Shown: positions 29,652-37,897, counted from the stretch's first letter. The stretch is DNA of 39,189 nucleotides from Minisyncoccota bacterium (GCA_040879685.1 JBBDJW010000002.1:1-39189); one strand, 5' to 3'. Numbers and translations are program-made. The notes: a model not told the origin generated them from the sequence alone.

Positions 29652-29725
29652 GCGAGATTAGTTTAATGGTAAAATGATTGCTTCCCAAGCAATAGACACG
29701 AGTTCGATTCTCGTATCTCGCACCA
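29652..29725 (+). tRNA. tRNA-Gly (anticodon CCC), CCA encoded
   Basis: GCGAGAT TA GTTT AATGGTA AAAT G ATTGC TTCCCAA GCAAT AGAC ACGAG TTCGATT CTCGT ATCTCGC A CCA. Confidence 0.9.
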
Positions 29726-29766
29726 CACACCACACATATCTTTCAATGCCTTTGTTGGTGTGGGGG

Positions 29767-29888
29767 CAAGCAGTAGACATTCCCGCCACAAGCGCGGGTC
29801 GGGTAGCTCAGATATTTTCGGATCCCGAGCTTGTCGAGGGAGAATGAAAATATTGAGCGAAGCTGACCGATTCTCGCTGGCCGCACCA
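29767..29888 (+). other. tRNA-Gly-derived mosaic: a 3'-half-like copy interrupted by an 88-nt structured insert
   Basis: CAAGCAGTAGACA (29767-29779) matches tRNA-Gly 29686-29698 at 12 of 13 positions. CGATTCTCG (29868-29876) and CGCACCA (29882-29888) match the tRNA-Gly 3' end. The insert contains GGTAGCTCAG and a long hairpin at 29806-29858. Confidence 0.45.
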
Positions 29889-29940
29889 GAGCGAGAAGTG
29901 TGCTATACTAAGGCTATTGTAAGGTAATTTCAAAAAAGGT

Positions 29941-30180
29941 ATGGCAAAAGTGACTATTTACTCAACTCCTACCTGCGGCTTCTGCAAAGCGGCAAAGGAT
30001 TTTTTTGGCGAAAAAGGAGTAGAGTATGAAGATTTTGATGTCTCTACTAATGCGGAAAAAAGGCAGGAAATGATTGAAAAAAGCGGTCAGATGGGCGTTC
30101 CGGTTATTACTGTCGGCGATGAGATAATGGTTGGCTTTGACAAGAACAAGGTCTCAAACCTTCTTGGGCTTTCCGCATAG
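29941..30180 (+). CDS. Glutaredoxin-like (NrdH/Grx family) small redoxin
   Basis: 79 aa with a CGFC active site and the GVPVI motif of the thioredoxin fold. Confidence 0.85.
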   Translation: MAKVTIYSTPTCGFCKAAKDFFGEKGVEYEDFDVSTNAEKRQEMIEKSGQMGVPVITVGDEIMVGFDKNKVSNLLGLSA

Positions 30181-30205
30181 ATTCTCATTCCACTATTCCA
30201 CAATA

Positions 30206-30249
30206 CTTTAACAATCTCATCCCGCCAAGGCGGGATGAGATTGTTAAAG
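30206..30249 (+). terminator. Long perfect stem-loop after the glutaredoxin gene
   Basis: CTTTAACAATCTCATCCCGCC / GGCGGGATGAGATTGTTAAAG with 21-nt arms. There is no clear T-run. Confidence 0.55.
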
Positions 30250-30283
30250 AAATATGGTTATATGTGGTTATATAAAGAGAAGG

Positions 30284-30355
30284 GCCCCCGTAGTTCAATG
30301 GATAGAACAGGCCCGTCCTAAGGGCTCGATGTGGGTTCGATTCCTGCCGGGGGCA
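30284..30355 (+). tRNA. tRNA-Arg (anticodon CCT), no encoded CCA
   Basis: GCCCCCG TA GTTC AATGGATA GAAC A GGCCC GTCCTAA GGGCT CGAT GTGGG TTCGATT CCTGC CGGGGGC A. The T-stem has two G:U pairs. Confidence 0.85.
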
Positions 30356-30703
30356 TCAACCAAAAATACTCACGTTTGCCGTGAGTGTTTTTGATTGGTG
30401 CAGGAATCGAACGGAAGTCTGGGAGGAGACTTCCGCGGGATTTTCCCTGGGAGGAAAATCGATTCCTGCCGGGGGCATCAACCAAAAATACTCACGTTTG
30501 CCGTGAGTGTTTTTGATTGGTGCAGGAATCGAACGGAAGTCTGGGAGGAGACTTCCGCGGGATTTTCCCTGGGAGGAAAATCGATTCCTGCCGGGGGCAT
30601 CAACCAAAAATACTCACGTTTGCCGTGAGTGTTTTTGATTGGTGCAGGAATCGAACGGAAGTCTGGGAGGAGACTTCCGCGGGATTTTCCCTGGGAGGAA
30701 AAT
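30337..30703 (+). repeat. Three perfect tandem copies of a 122-bp unit that begins with the last 19 nt of tRNA-Arg
   Basis: The units start at 30337, 30459 and 30581 and are identical at every base by direct reading. Confidence 0.95.
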
Positions 30704-30748
30704 ATCTATCCAGTTGAAACAAGTATTTTCTTTTGCTACTATAGCGTG

Positions 30749-31033
30749 ATGGATGAGAGAGAGAACAAAGACCTCAAAGCACTTCTAGAAGAGAATACAA
30801 AACTCGCACGCGAGAACCACAGGCTTTTAAAGAAAATACACCGCTCTCAATCATGGGGCAGTTTCTTCCGTCTTCTTTATTGGGCTGTCATTCTCGTATC
30901 TATTTTTGGTGCGTACTATTTCATCCAGCCGTTTATTGATAGTGTGAGGGGAAATGTTGAGAGTGTTCAATCAGGTATTAACACACTTGAGAATATCAAT
31001 AACTTTGATATTAATTCACTTCTCGGTAATTAA
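30749..31033 (+). CDS. Hypothetical small membrane protein with an N-terminal coiled coil
   Basis: The ATG at 30749 (MDERENKDL...) gives 94 aa with one or two TM segments. The upstream part of the 134-aa track ORF is translation of the repeat. Confidence 0.55.
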   Translation: MDERENKDLKALLEENTKLARENHRLLKKIHRSQSWGSFFRLLYWAVILVSIFGAYYFIQPFIDSVRGNVESVQSGINTLENINNFDINSLLGN

Positions 31034-31050
31034 GAGATTCTGATATATAC

Positions 31051-31127
31051 GCCCAGGTAGCTCAGTTGGCTAGAGCATTGGTCTGAAGAACCAAGGGTCG
31101 TCGGTTCGAGCCCGACCCTGGGCACCA
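31051..31127 (+). tRNA. tRNA-Phe (anticodon GAA), CCA encoded
   Basis: GCCCAGG TA GCTC AGTTGGCTA GAGC A TTGGT CTGAAGA ACCAA GGGTC GTCGG TTCGAGC CCGAC CCTGGGC A CCA. Confidence 0.95.
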
Positions 31128-31167
31128 AAACAAAACTTTTCGGAAAAACTTAATAAAATGAATTTGT

Positions 31168-31914
31168 ATGAATGGTCAAGAACAACAACTTACAAAACAA
31201 GAAAAAAGAGAACTAAAACGCCAAGAAAAAGATGCACGGCGCACAAATCAAGAACGAAAGAGAAAGACGCGAAAGTTTTTATCTTGGAGTGCGGGCATTG
31301 CCATGGCCTTTTTGATTATTGGAGGAATAGTTTATCTTATTCAAAATTCAACCCCTACAAACCCCGAGCAGGCCGCTTCGCTTTTAGAGGTTAAGGATAA
31401 TGATTGGACGACAGGAAGTCCCGGCGCCCCAATAACGCTCATTGAATATAGCGACCTCCAGTGTCCCGCTTGTGGCGCGTACCATCCTATTCTTAAGCAG
31501 CTGATTGAAGAATTTGGCAGTGATATTACTTTTGTGTACCGGCATTTTCCGTTGAGACAAATTCATCCCAATGCCGACTTGGCTGCGCGAGCCACTGAAG
31601 CCGCAGGAGCGCAAGGCAAATTCTGGGAAATGCATGACATGCTTTTTGAAAATCAACGCTCGTGGTCAAATGATAGAGACACAAAAGAGTTATTTGTGAG
31701 CTACGCAGAATCATTAGGCTTGGGCGTGGATCAATTCAAAAGCGATCTCGCATCAAAAGGAGTCAAAGCAAAAGTGGATGCGAACTACAAGAGCGGGCTC
31801 GGCTTAGGGGTTAATGCCACGCCAACCTTTTTCCTCAACGGACAAAAACTGCAAAACCCCAGAAGCCATGAAGAATTTAAGACCATTATTCAAAATGCCA
31901 TATCTCAACCATGA
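31168..31914 (+). CDS. Membrane-anchored DsbA-family thiol:disulfide oxidoreductase
   Basis: A basic N-terminus, a TM helix, and a thioredoxin fold with a CPAC active site. Confidence 0.85.
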   Translation: MNGQEQQLTKQEKRELKRQEKDARRTNQERKRKTRKFLSWSAGIAMAFLIIGGIVYLIQNSTPTNPEQAASLLEVKDNDWTTGSPGAPITLIEYSDLQCPACGAYHPILKQLIEEFGSDITFVYRHFPLRQIHPNADLAARATEAAGAQGKFWEMHDMLFENQRSWSNDRDTKELFVSYAESLGLGVDQFKSDLASKGVKAKVDANYKSGLGLGVNATPTFFLNGQKLQNPRSHEEFKTIIQNAISQP

Positions 31915-32543
31915 ACCAACATATTAAAACAATTATACTATCGGCCACTCTTGGAGCTCTGGTCGGAAGCGGAGCGGTTTTTATCTCACAAAAATTGCAG
32001 AAACCAAACGAGGACGAACTGATTAAAGAGTTTTATCTTGTTGAAAATGCGGTGCATGTCAGTCCTCACCACATAAGGAAAGCGATCATGAAAGGAGAAA
32101 CTGATGACTTTATTTTGATTGACTTACGAAGCGAGGAAGAATATGCAGAAGAACACATTGTTGGGGCGATCAATGTCCCAGCTTATAAAGACCGAGAATA
32201 TTCTGACTATGGAGCAATTCAAAGGATTAGGCAATCAGTTAGAGAATTGAAAGAGAAAAATCCAGAAAAAGATATTATTGTTTACTGTTATAGCACTCCC
32301 TGTATGACCGGAAGAAAGGTGGGAAAAATATTGGCTGAGGACGGCATTTATGTAAAACATTTGGGTATTGGCTGGAATGAGTGGCGGCATTTTTGGAAGT
32401 TATGGAATCACCCCCATGAATGGGAAATAACCGATCCGACCGAATATACTGCTTCTGGTCCTGAACCCGGAGTATTTAAGGGCAGGAATTATCTTGAAGG
32501 AGAGCTTCCTTCGGGCTGTGGTGAGGGAGAACTGAGTTGTTGA
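31911..32543 (+). CDS. Membrane-anchored rhodanese-domain protein (paralog B)
   Basis: The start overlaps the DsbA stop (ATGA). It has the same architecture and motifs as the CDS at 2647-3267 (ILIDLRSEEEYAEEHIVGAINVP, YCYSTPC, GIGWNEW, C-terminal GELSC). Confidence 0.8.
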   Translation: MNQHIKTIILSATLGALVGSGAVFISQKLQKPNEDELIKEFYLVENAVHVSPHHIRKAIMKGETDDFILIDLRSEEEYAEEHIVGAINVPAYKDREYSDYGAIQRIRQSVRELKEKNPEKDIIVYCYSTPCMTGRKVGKILAEDGIYVKHLGIGWNEWRHFWKLWNHPHEWEITDPTEYTASGPEPGVFKGRNYLEGELPSGCGEGELSC

Positions 32544-32586
32544 GGTCTATGTAATACAATTATTAAAAGTAACCAAATACATTACT

Positions 32587-33120
32587 ATGGAAGTACAAGA
32601 AGCAATCAGATCACGCCGTTCGGTCAGGGAGTGGGCTGACACGCCGGTTTCTGATGAGCAAATAAAATTACTCGTAGACTCAGGACGTTTTTCTCCCAGT
32701 CCACTTAATTCTCAGCCCTGGCATTTTGTTATTGTAAGAAACAAGGAGCGGCTAGGAGAATTGGCGGAGAAAGCACAGCATGGTTCTTTTCTGGCGTCTG
32801 CGCCGGTAGCGATTATTGCGTTGGTAGATCAAGAAGCAGAAATAGATCAATGGCTACAAGAGCGTGAACAACATTTTTCAAGCGGAGCTTGCGCAGTTCA
32901 GAATATGCAACTCGCAGCATGGGATTTAGGTCTTGGGTGTTGCTGGGTAACTATGGAAGAATCGTTTACAAAAAAGATACTCTCCATACCTGATGCATAC
33001 CGTGTTTTAGGGTCTCTTGCCGTAGGATTTCCGAAAGACAAGCCAAAGCCGCACTCCGAAGAAGATAGACATCCGCTCGAAAGTTTTATCTCCTGGGAAG
33101 AATTTGGACAAAACAGCTAA
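32587..33120 (+). CDS. Nitroreductase family protein
   Basis: The N-terminal RRSVREW motif and SPSPLNSQPWHFVIV are typical of the NADH oxidase/nitroreductase fold. Confidence 0.85.
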   Translation: MEVQEAIRSRRSVREWADTPVSDEQIKLLVDSGRFSPSPLNSQPWHFVIVRNKERLGELAEKAQHGSFLASAPVAIIALVDQEAEIDQWLQEREQHFSSGACAVQNMQLAAWDLGLGCCWVTMEESFTKKILSIPDAYRVLGSLAVGFPKDKPKPHSEEDRHPLESFISWEEFGQNS

Positions 33121-33235
33121 CGTAGGATATTTTGGAAGCCCGCTCAAAAATCACGCCGTCTGTCCAGCAGGCGGGCAAAAAGAAAAGGGGGTGTGGGGGT
33201 TCGCGCAAGGGTTGTTATGTCAGCACAGAGAGATT

Positions 33236-33280
33236 TAAAAAATACCTGCATTAATCACTGAATTAATGCAGGTATTTTTA
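33236..33280. terminator. Bidirectional terminator between convergent genes (nitroreductase and hsp20)
   Basis: TAAAAAATACCTGCATTAAT / ATTAATGCAGGTATTTTTA with a 6-nt loop and A/T runs on both sides. Confidence 0.75.
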
Positions 33281-33317
33281 TTCTCCCCAATATTTTTATA
33301 GGTATAGTGGTACCTTA

Positions 33318-33788
33318 CTATTTTCTCACTTTGAGCTTTTGCGTCTTGTTCTTGTCTATTTTTGGCAAGGAGATAGTGAGAAGTCCATTCTCAACATGCG
33401 CTTCCGACCCCTCCACTTCAATCTCTTGCGGAAGAATAATTGTTCGGGAGAAAGAGCCCCAGTAAAGTTCTTGGTAAAAGTAATCATCGGTATGGGTGGA
33501 CTTTGAGCGGGAGCGCTTTCCTTTTATCTCAACCATCTCACGGTTTATATCAATATCCAAATCATCAGGAGAGACACCGGCGACCATCGCGTGGATGATA
33601 ATCTCCTTAGGAGTTTGGTGCATATCAATGGTAAGCTGGCCCTCGTTGTTTTCTTCCTCCATCCAGTCATTTTCAGTATGATCCTTCTTATTATCTTGGG
33701 CATCTTCTGCCCTTTCGTCATCCTCTTCATAGTCATGATTTATGACATTTACCATCTTTTTTAAAAATGAATCTTTTTCCTTAAACAT
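33318..33788 (-). CDS. Hsp20/alpha-crystallin family small heat-shock protein
   Basis: Alpha-crystallin domain (GSFSRTIILP, NGLLTISLPK) with an acidic N-terminal region. Confidence 0.88.
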   Translation of the reverse strand: MFKEKDSFLKKMVNVINHDYEEDDERAEDAQDNKKDHTENDWMEEENNEGQLTIDMHQTPKEIIIHAMVAGVSPDDLDIDINREMVEIKGKRSRSKSTHTDDYFYQELYWGSFSRTIILPQEIEVEGSEAHVENGLLTISLPKIDKNKTQKLKVRK

Positions 33789-33794
33789 AACGTG

Positions 33795-34514
33795 TTAATG
33801 AGTTGATCTGTAGATCTTTCTAATCTTTTCAAAGAAAAGCAAAAGAATGATTGCCCCAATCCACAGAACGCCAAATGTAATAAAAATATTTTCTGCGCTG
33901 TTGTTATTAATTATAGAGAGATTGAAAAAAGTATGCAACACGATAGCTGTGAATAGCCCGATAACAACTGCGATACGTTTAACCGCCCGACTTTTGTAAA
34001 AGGCAAGTCCCATAGCAACACCAATTAGAGAGCTTGCTACAATATGAAGTACTGTTGCGCCTATAAAGCGCAAGTTGCCCGTGATAAGGCCTACGACCGC
34101 CTCTCCCTCTGCAAATGGGGCGACAAGAAAGAGCGTATTTTCTACTGCGGCGAATCCCAAGGCAACGGTGATAAGATAGATAAGCGGGTCAATCGGCTCG
34201 TCAAGACACTTAGTTCCGTCAATACATACCGCACGAAAGGCCGCCACATACGCGGCGAGGTATTTTATCACCTCTTCAATGATAGCCCACGAGGTAATAA
34301 GAGGTACCCCTTCAGGAAGGAAAGAGACGGCGAGGTGCTCAAGGACAAGGACTATAGGGATTGCTAATACGCCCGCAAAAAATGCCGCAACGATGAGCCG
34401 TTTTGGTTCGGGGTGAGCATCTTCTTTAAGCCAAAACCAAAGCCATAAGAGCGCAGGGAGAACCCCAGTAAGAAGAGCAAAAATAATAGGTTGTAAAAGT
34501 GTTACTTCGGCCAT
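33795..34514 (-). CDS. PrsW-family intramembrane metalloprotease
   Basis: A polytopic protein with EEVIKY, ENTLF and H-containing motifs in the order typical of PrsW. Confidence 0.75.
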   Translation of the reverse strand: MAEVTLLQPIIFALLTGVLPALLWLWFWLKEDAHPEPKRLIVAAFFAGVLAIPIVLVLEHLAVSFLPEGVPLITSWAIIEEVIKYLAAYVAAFRAVCIDGTKCLDEPIDPLIYLITVALGFAAVENTLFLVAPFAEGEAVVGLITGNLRFIGATVLHIVASSLIGVAMGLAFYKSRAVKRIAVVIGLFTAIVLHTFFNLSIINNNSAENIFITFGVLWIGAIILLLFFEKIRKIYRSTH

Positions 34515-36628
34515 GGTGCAAGAAGAAGAAGATTTTTTGAGTCGTTATGGAGAATGCCCCAGAGCTTTTCTGTGATGAACGGCATAAAAGGGTGGAGAAG
34601 CTTGAGGGTTGTTTCAAGTATATGGGAGAGGAGCGCTCTGCGCGATGACCTTATCTTTTCATCACCTTTTTCAAAAATTTCTTTACTCTCCTCAATAATT
34701 TTGTCGGCAACCTCATGCCAGAGGTAATGGTAGAGTGTTTCAGCTGCCAGATGGAAGCGGTCTTTTTCAATGTGCTCCGTTACTGCGGCAGTAATCTCTT
34801 TAAGTTCCTCGCGAAGTGCTTCATCTTGTTTGGTAAGGGGTGCAACGGTATTAGTATTTTCTTTATTCTCTAAAATAAAGCGTGCCACATTCCATAGTTT
34901 ATTTGCAAAATGTTTGTATGCCCGTACTTTATCTTCCGATAAAGCAAGATCCGTACCGGGAGTGTTTCCTACTACAAGCGCCATTCGCAGTGCGTCGGTC
35001 CCAAATTGCCGAGTAATGTCAATGGGGTTCTTAACATTTCCCTTGCTCTTGCTCATCTTCCGCCCTCTCTCATCACGAACCATTCCGTGCAAGTATACTT
35101 TTTTGAAAGGGACATTATCTGTGCGATAGAGCCCGAGCATAAGCATGCGGGCAACCCAAAAAAAGATAATATCAGAACCTGTTTCCATCACAGAGGTGGG
35201 ATAATAGGTTTTAAAATCTTCACCTAGGGGGTAGCCAAGTGCGGCATAGGGCCACTGGCCGGAGGAGAACCATGTGTCAAAGGTGTCCGGGTCTTGTATG
35301 ACATTGCCTCCGCAGGGACATGAGCGGACGGTGTCATCTATATCAACCGTACCTTTTCCGCACTCTGTGCAGAGTTTTGCTGGGATAGGAATACCCCACA
35401 CAATCTGGCGAGAAATGTTCCAGTCTTCTATATTTTTGAGCCAGTGGTTAAAAATCTTTTCATAGTACTCTGTTACAAAAGTAGTTTCTCCTTTTTCTAC
35501 CGCCTTCAATGCTTTTTCTGCAAGTGGTTTTACGGAGATAAACCACTGCTCCTTGAGTTGTGGCTCTATTTCTCTTTCACACTTGTAGCAGACAGGAACA
35601 GAATGTTGATATCGCTCATCTATTTTTACGAGAAGGCCTTTTTCTTTCAGTTTCTGAACAATCTTAGGGCGTGCTTCTTTAAGAGGAGCTCCTGTAAATT
35701 CACCGGCAATCGGCAAGAGTTTTCCTCGCTCATCAATAATCTGTTCATAATCAAGTTTGTGGCGTTGCGCAATATCAAAATCAATCGCCGAATGCCATGG
35801 CGTGATGGTCATTACACCAGAGCCCATCTTGGGGTCGCCTGCCTCATCTTTGATGATTGTTGCGGTTATCGGCCCATTGATCCACTCAAGCTCTATTTTT
35901 TCTCCATGCTTGTAGTGTGAAAACCTCTCATCATCAGGATGCATCACGACATACTTGTCACCAAACTTTGTTTCTGGCCGCGCTGTCCCTATAGTAAACG
36001 GTCCGTATTTGAAATAGTAGAATGGTTCGGTACGGTCTTCATGGGTAAGTTCAAGGTTTGAAAAAGCGGTCTGGTGCTTAGGGCACCAGTTCACACTGCG
36101 CAACCCTCTATAGAGAAGCTTATCCTCATCCAATTTTTTGAACGTATCATAAACAATTTTTATACTATGCTCATCAAGGGTAAATTTTAGACGAGACCAG
36201 TCACAGGAGGCGCCCATTTGGCGAACCTGATTTTCCATCTCGCGTTTGTTCTCCATAGTAAAAGCCATAATTTCGCGGTAAAGCTCCTCGCGTGACATTT
36301 GGAAGCGTGAACGACCTTCTTTCTCAAGTTTTTTCTCATACACAACCTGTGTTTCAAAACCTGCGTGGTCGGCACCGGGAAGCCAGAGCGTCTTAAACCC
36401 GCGCATACGCTTATAGCGAATGAGTACATCTTCAATGGTAAGCATCATTGCATGCCCTGCATGGAGAGAGCCATTGGCGTTGGGGGGAGGCATGATGATG
36501 CAGTATGGTTTGGTATGAGTATCGGGAAGATTGTCGGGGTTAAAAAAACCGGACTCTTCCCAGAGCTTGTAGAGCGTGCTTTCGGATTCTTCCGGATTGT
36601 AAGGTTTACGAAGCTCCTCGGGTATCAT
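34502..36628 (-). CDS. valS: Valine--tRNA ligase (short form, no long C-terminal coiled coil)
   Basis: HIGH-type motif PNANGSLHAGHA, KMSKS, a CP1 editing domain (GTARPET, TPWHSAIDFD) and a Zn-type CxxC pair. Confidence 0.9.
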   Translation of the reverse strand: MIPEELRKPYNPEESESTLYKLWEESGFFNPDNLPDTHTKPYCIIMPPPNANGSLHAGHAMMLTIEDVLIRYKRMRGFKTLWLPGADHAGFETQVVYEKKLEKEGRSRFQMSREELYREIMAFTMENKREMENQVRQMGASCDWSRLKFTLDEHSIKIVYDTFKKLDEDKLLYRGLRSVNWCPKHQTAFSNLELTHEDRTEPFYYFKYGPFTIGTARPETKFGDKYVVMHPDDERFSHYKHGEKIELEWINGPITATIIKDEAGDPKMGSGVMTITPWHSAIDFDIAQRHKLDYEQIIDERGKLLPIAGEFTGAPLKEARPKIVQKLKEKGLLVKIDERYQHSVPVCYKCEREIEPQLKEQWFISVKPLAEKALKAVEKGETTFVTEYYEKIFNHWLKNIEDWNISRQIVWGIPIPAKLCTECGKGTVDIDDTVRSCPCGGNVIQDPDTFDTWFSSGQWPYAALGYPLGEDFKTYYPTSVMETGSDIIFFWVARMLMLGLYRTDNVPFKKVYLHGMVRDERGRKMSKSKGNVKNPIDITRQFGTDALRMALVVGNTPGTDLALSEDKVRAYKHFANKLWNVARFILENKENTNTVAPLTKQDEALREELKEITAAVTEHIEKDRFHLAAETLYHYLWHEVADKIIEESKEIFEKGDEKIRSSRRALLSHILETTLKLLHPFMPFITEKLWGILHNDSKNLLLLAPWPK

Positions 36629-36661
36629 ATCTCTCTATAATAGCACATAGGTAGAGCCTTT

Positions 36662-37897
36662 TTAGGCCTTTTCCCCAAGTCGAGCAGTGCCATGTGCGCG
36701 AATTTTATGGAATGATTCAGGAGTGAAGAGCAAGGCTTTCCCAAGAGTTTTATAAATTACGGCGGTCGTTGCAATCATAAGCGCGTTGTCGGTGGTAAGA
36801 GGAAGTGCGGGAAGAAAGAGTGATACACCCTTTTCGTGAGCAATTTCTCTTGTGAGCATCTCGCGGATTCGTTTGTTGGCACTTACGCCACCGCCGATAA
36901 TAAGTGTCTTTGCGCTATATGCGTGAAGTGCCCCGAGTGTCTTTTTTACGAGTACCTCACTTGCCGCTTCTTGAAAAGCATAAGCAACTTCGTTTATAAG
37001 TGGAGGAGTTACTGTATCAAAAGTGCGTACTTTATTTTTTACAGCAGTTTTGAGTCCGGAAAATGAAAAGTGATAGTTTCCTGAATCAATCATGGGCCGT
37101 GGAAAGGTAATGTTGTGAGAGTGTTTGCTGTCATATAATTCTGCATGTTTTGAAATCTCCGGTCCGCCTGGATAGGGGAGACCGAGTATCCGAGCGACCT
37201 TGTCAAATGCCTCACCTGCGGCATCATCTTGTGTTTCTCCCACAACTTCATAAGAGAGGTGCTCCTTCATTATGACAAGCTCGGTGTGCCCGCCGGATAT
37301 TAAAAGTGCAAGAGCTGGAAACTCCACGATACCTAATGTATAGCACTCATATTTCGTTTGCGTTTTCTTTGTAGGTTGTGTCTTAGGATTTGATGCTTCT
37401 CTCGTGCGCAAAAGAGAACCGTAGATGTGCCCTTCCATATGGTTGAGGGGCATAAGAGGCTTTTTCCAGAGAAACGCAAGCGCTTTCGCAAAGTTGATAC
37501 CGACCCACAATGCCGGTTCAAGGCCAGGTTCGCTTGTCACCGCGATATAATCTAGAGGAGGTATGGCATTTTTTTGTGCATATTCTCTCAGTGCTCTGCA
37601 GAGTTCCGGTTCTCTTTCAAGAAGTTTTTGCAGTTCCACTTCTTTTTCCGGTGTGAAGGAACCTTTTTTCTTCATCTTTGCTTGAGAGAGCGCTTCATCT
37701 AAAACACCAACGAGGTTCTTAGAATGTTCTCTTTTTGCAAGAGAGGGATAGACACCTCCATAGGGCTTGTGGAGCTCCACTTGCGAAAGGACGACGTTGG
37801 CGCGAGCTTTAAGAGAAAGATTTTCTATATCCCCTTGTGCTTCAACAATCGCTATTGCAGTTTCATCACATGATGTTTCTATGGCTAAGATTTTCAT
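36662..37897 (-). CDS. tsaD: tRNA N6-adenosine threonylcarbamoyltransferase TsaD (Kae1/Gcp family) with two insertions
   Basis: Motifs ILAIETSCDETA, HMEGH, SGGHT, GEAFDK and GGGVSAN. I prefer the ATG at 37897. Confidence 0.88.
   Translation of the reverse strand: MKILAIETSCDETAIAIVEAQGDIENLSLKARANVVLSQVELHKPYGGVYPSLAKREHSKNLVGVLDEALSQAKMKKKGSFTPEKEVELQKLLEREPELCRALREYAQKNAIPPLDYIAVTSEPGLEPALWVGINFAKALAFLWKKPLMPLNHMEGHIYGSLLRTREASNPKTQPTKKTQTKYECYTLGIVEFPALALLISGGHTELVIMKEHLSYEVVGETQDDAAGEAFDKVARILGLPYPGGPEISKHAELYDSKHSHNITFPRPMIDSGNYHFSFSGLKTAVKNKVRTFDTVTPPLINEVAYAFQEAASEVLVKKTLGALHAYSAKTLIIGGGVSANKRIREMLTREIAHEKGVSLFLPALPLTTDNALMIATTAVIYKTLGKALLFTPESFHKIRAHGTARLGEKA

Noticed and set aside
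29185-29733. 182-aa minus-strand ORF
   Set aside because: It is antisense to the well-supported FtsB-like CDS and runs through tRNA-Gly.
29794-29888. Complete tRNA with a D-loop intron (GCGGGTC...GGTAGCTCAG...GCACCA)
   Set aside because: The candidate acceptor strands (GCGGGTC and TGGCCGC) pair at only 4 of 7 positions. Too few nucleotides remain after the D-arm to form both an anticodon arm and a T-arm.
30337-30703. CRISPR array
   Set aside because: The units are contiguous with no unique spacers, the repeat length of 122 bp is far outside the CRISPR range, and there are no cas genes in the window.
30395-30717. Two ORFs (77 and 66 aa) with identical N-terminal 62 residues, plus the first 40 codons of the 134-aa ORF
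   Set aside because: They are translations of the perfect 122-bp tandem repeat. The period is not a multiple of 3, so the same peptide appears in shifted frames. The real gene most plausibly starts at the ATG at 30749.
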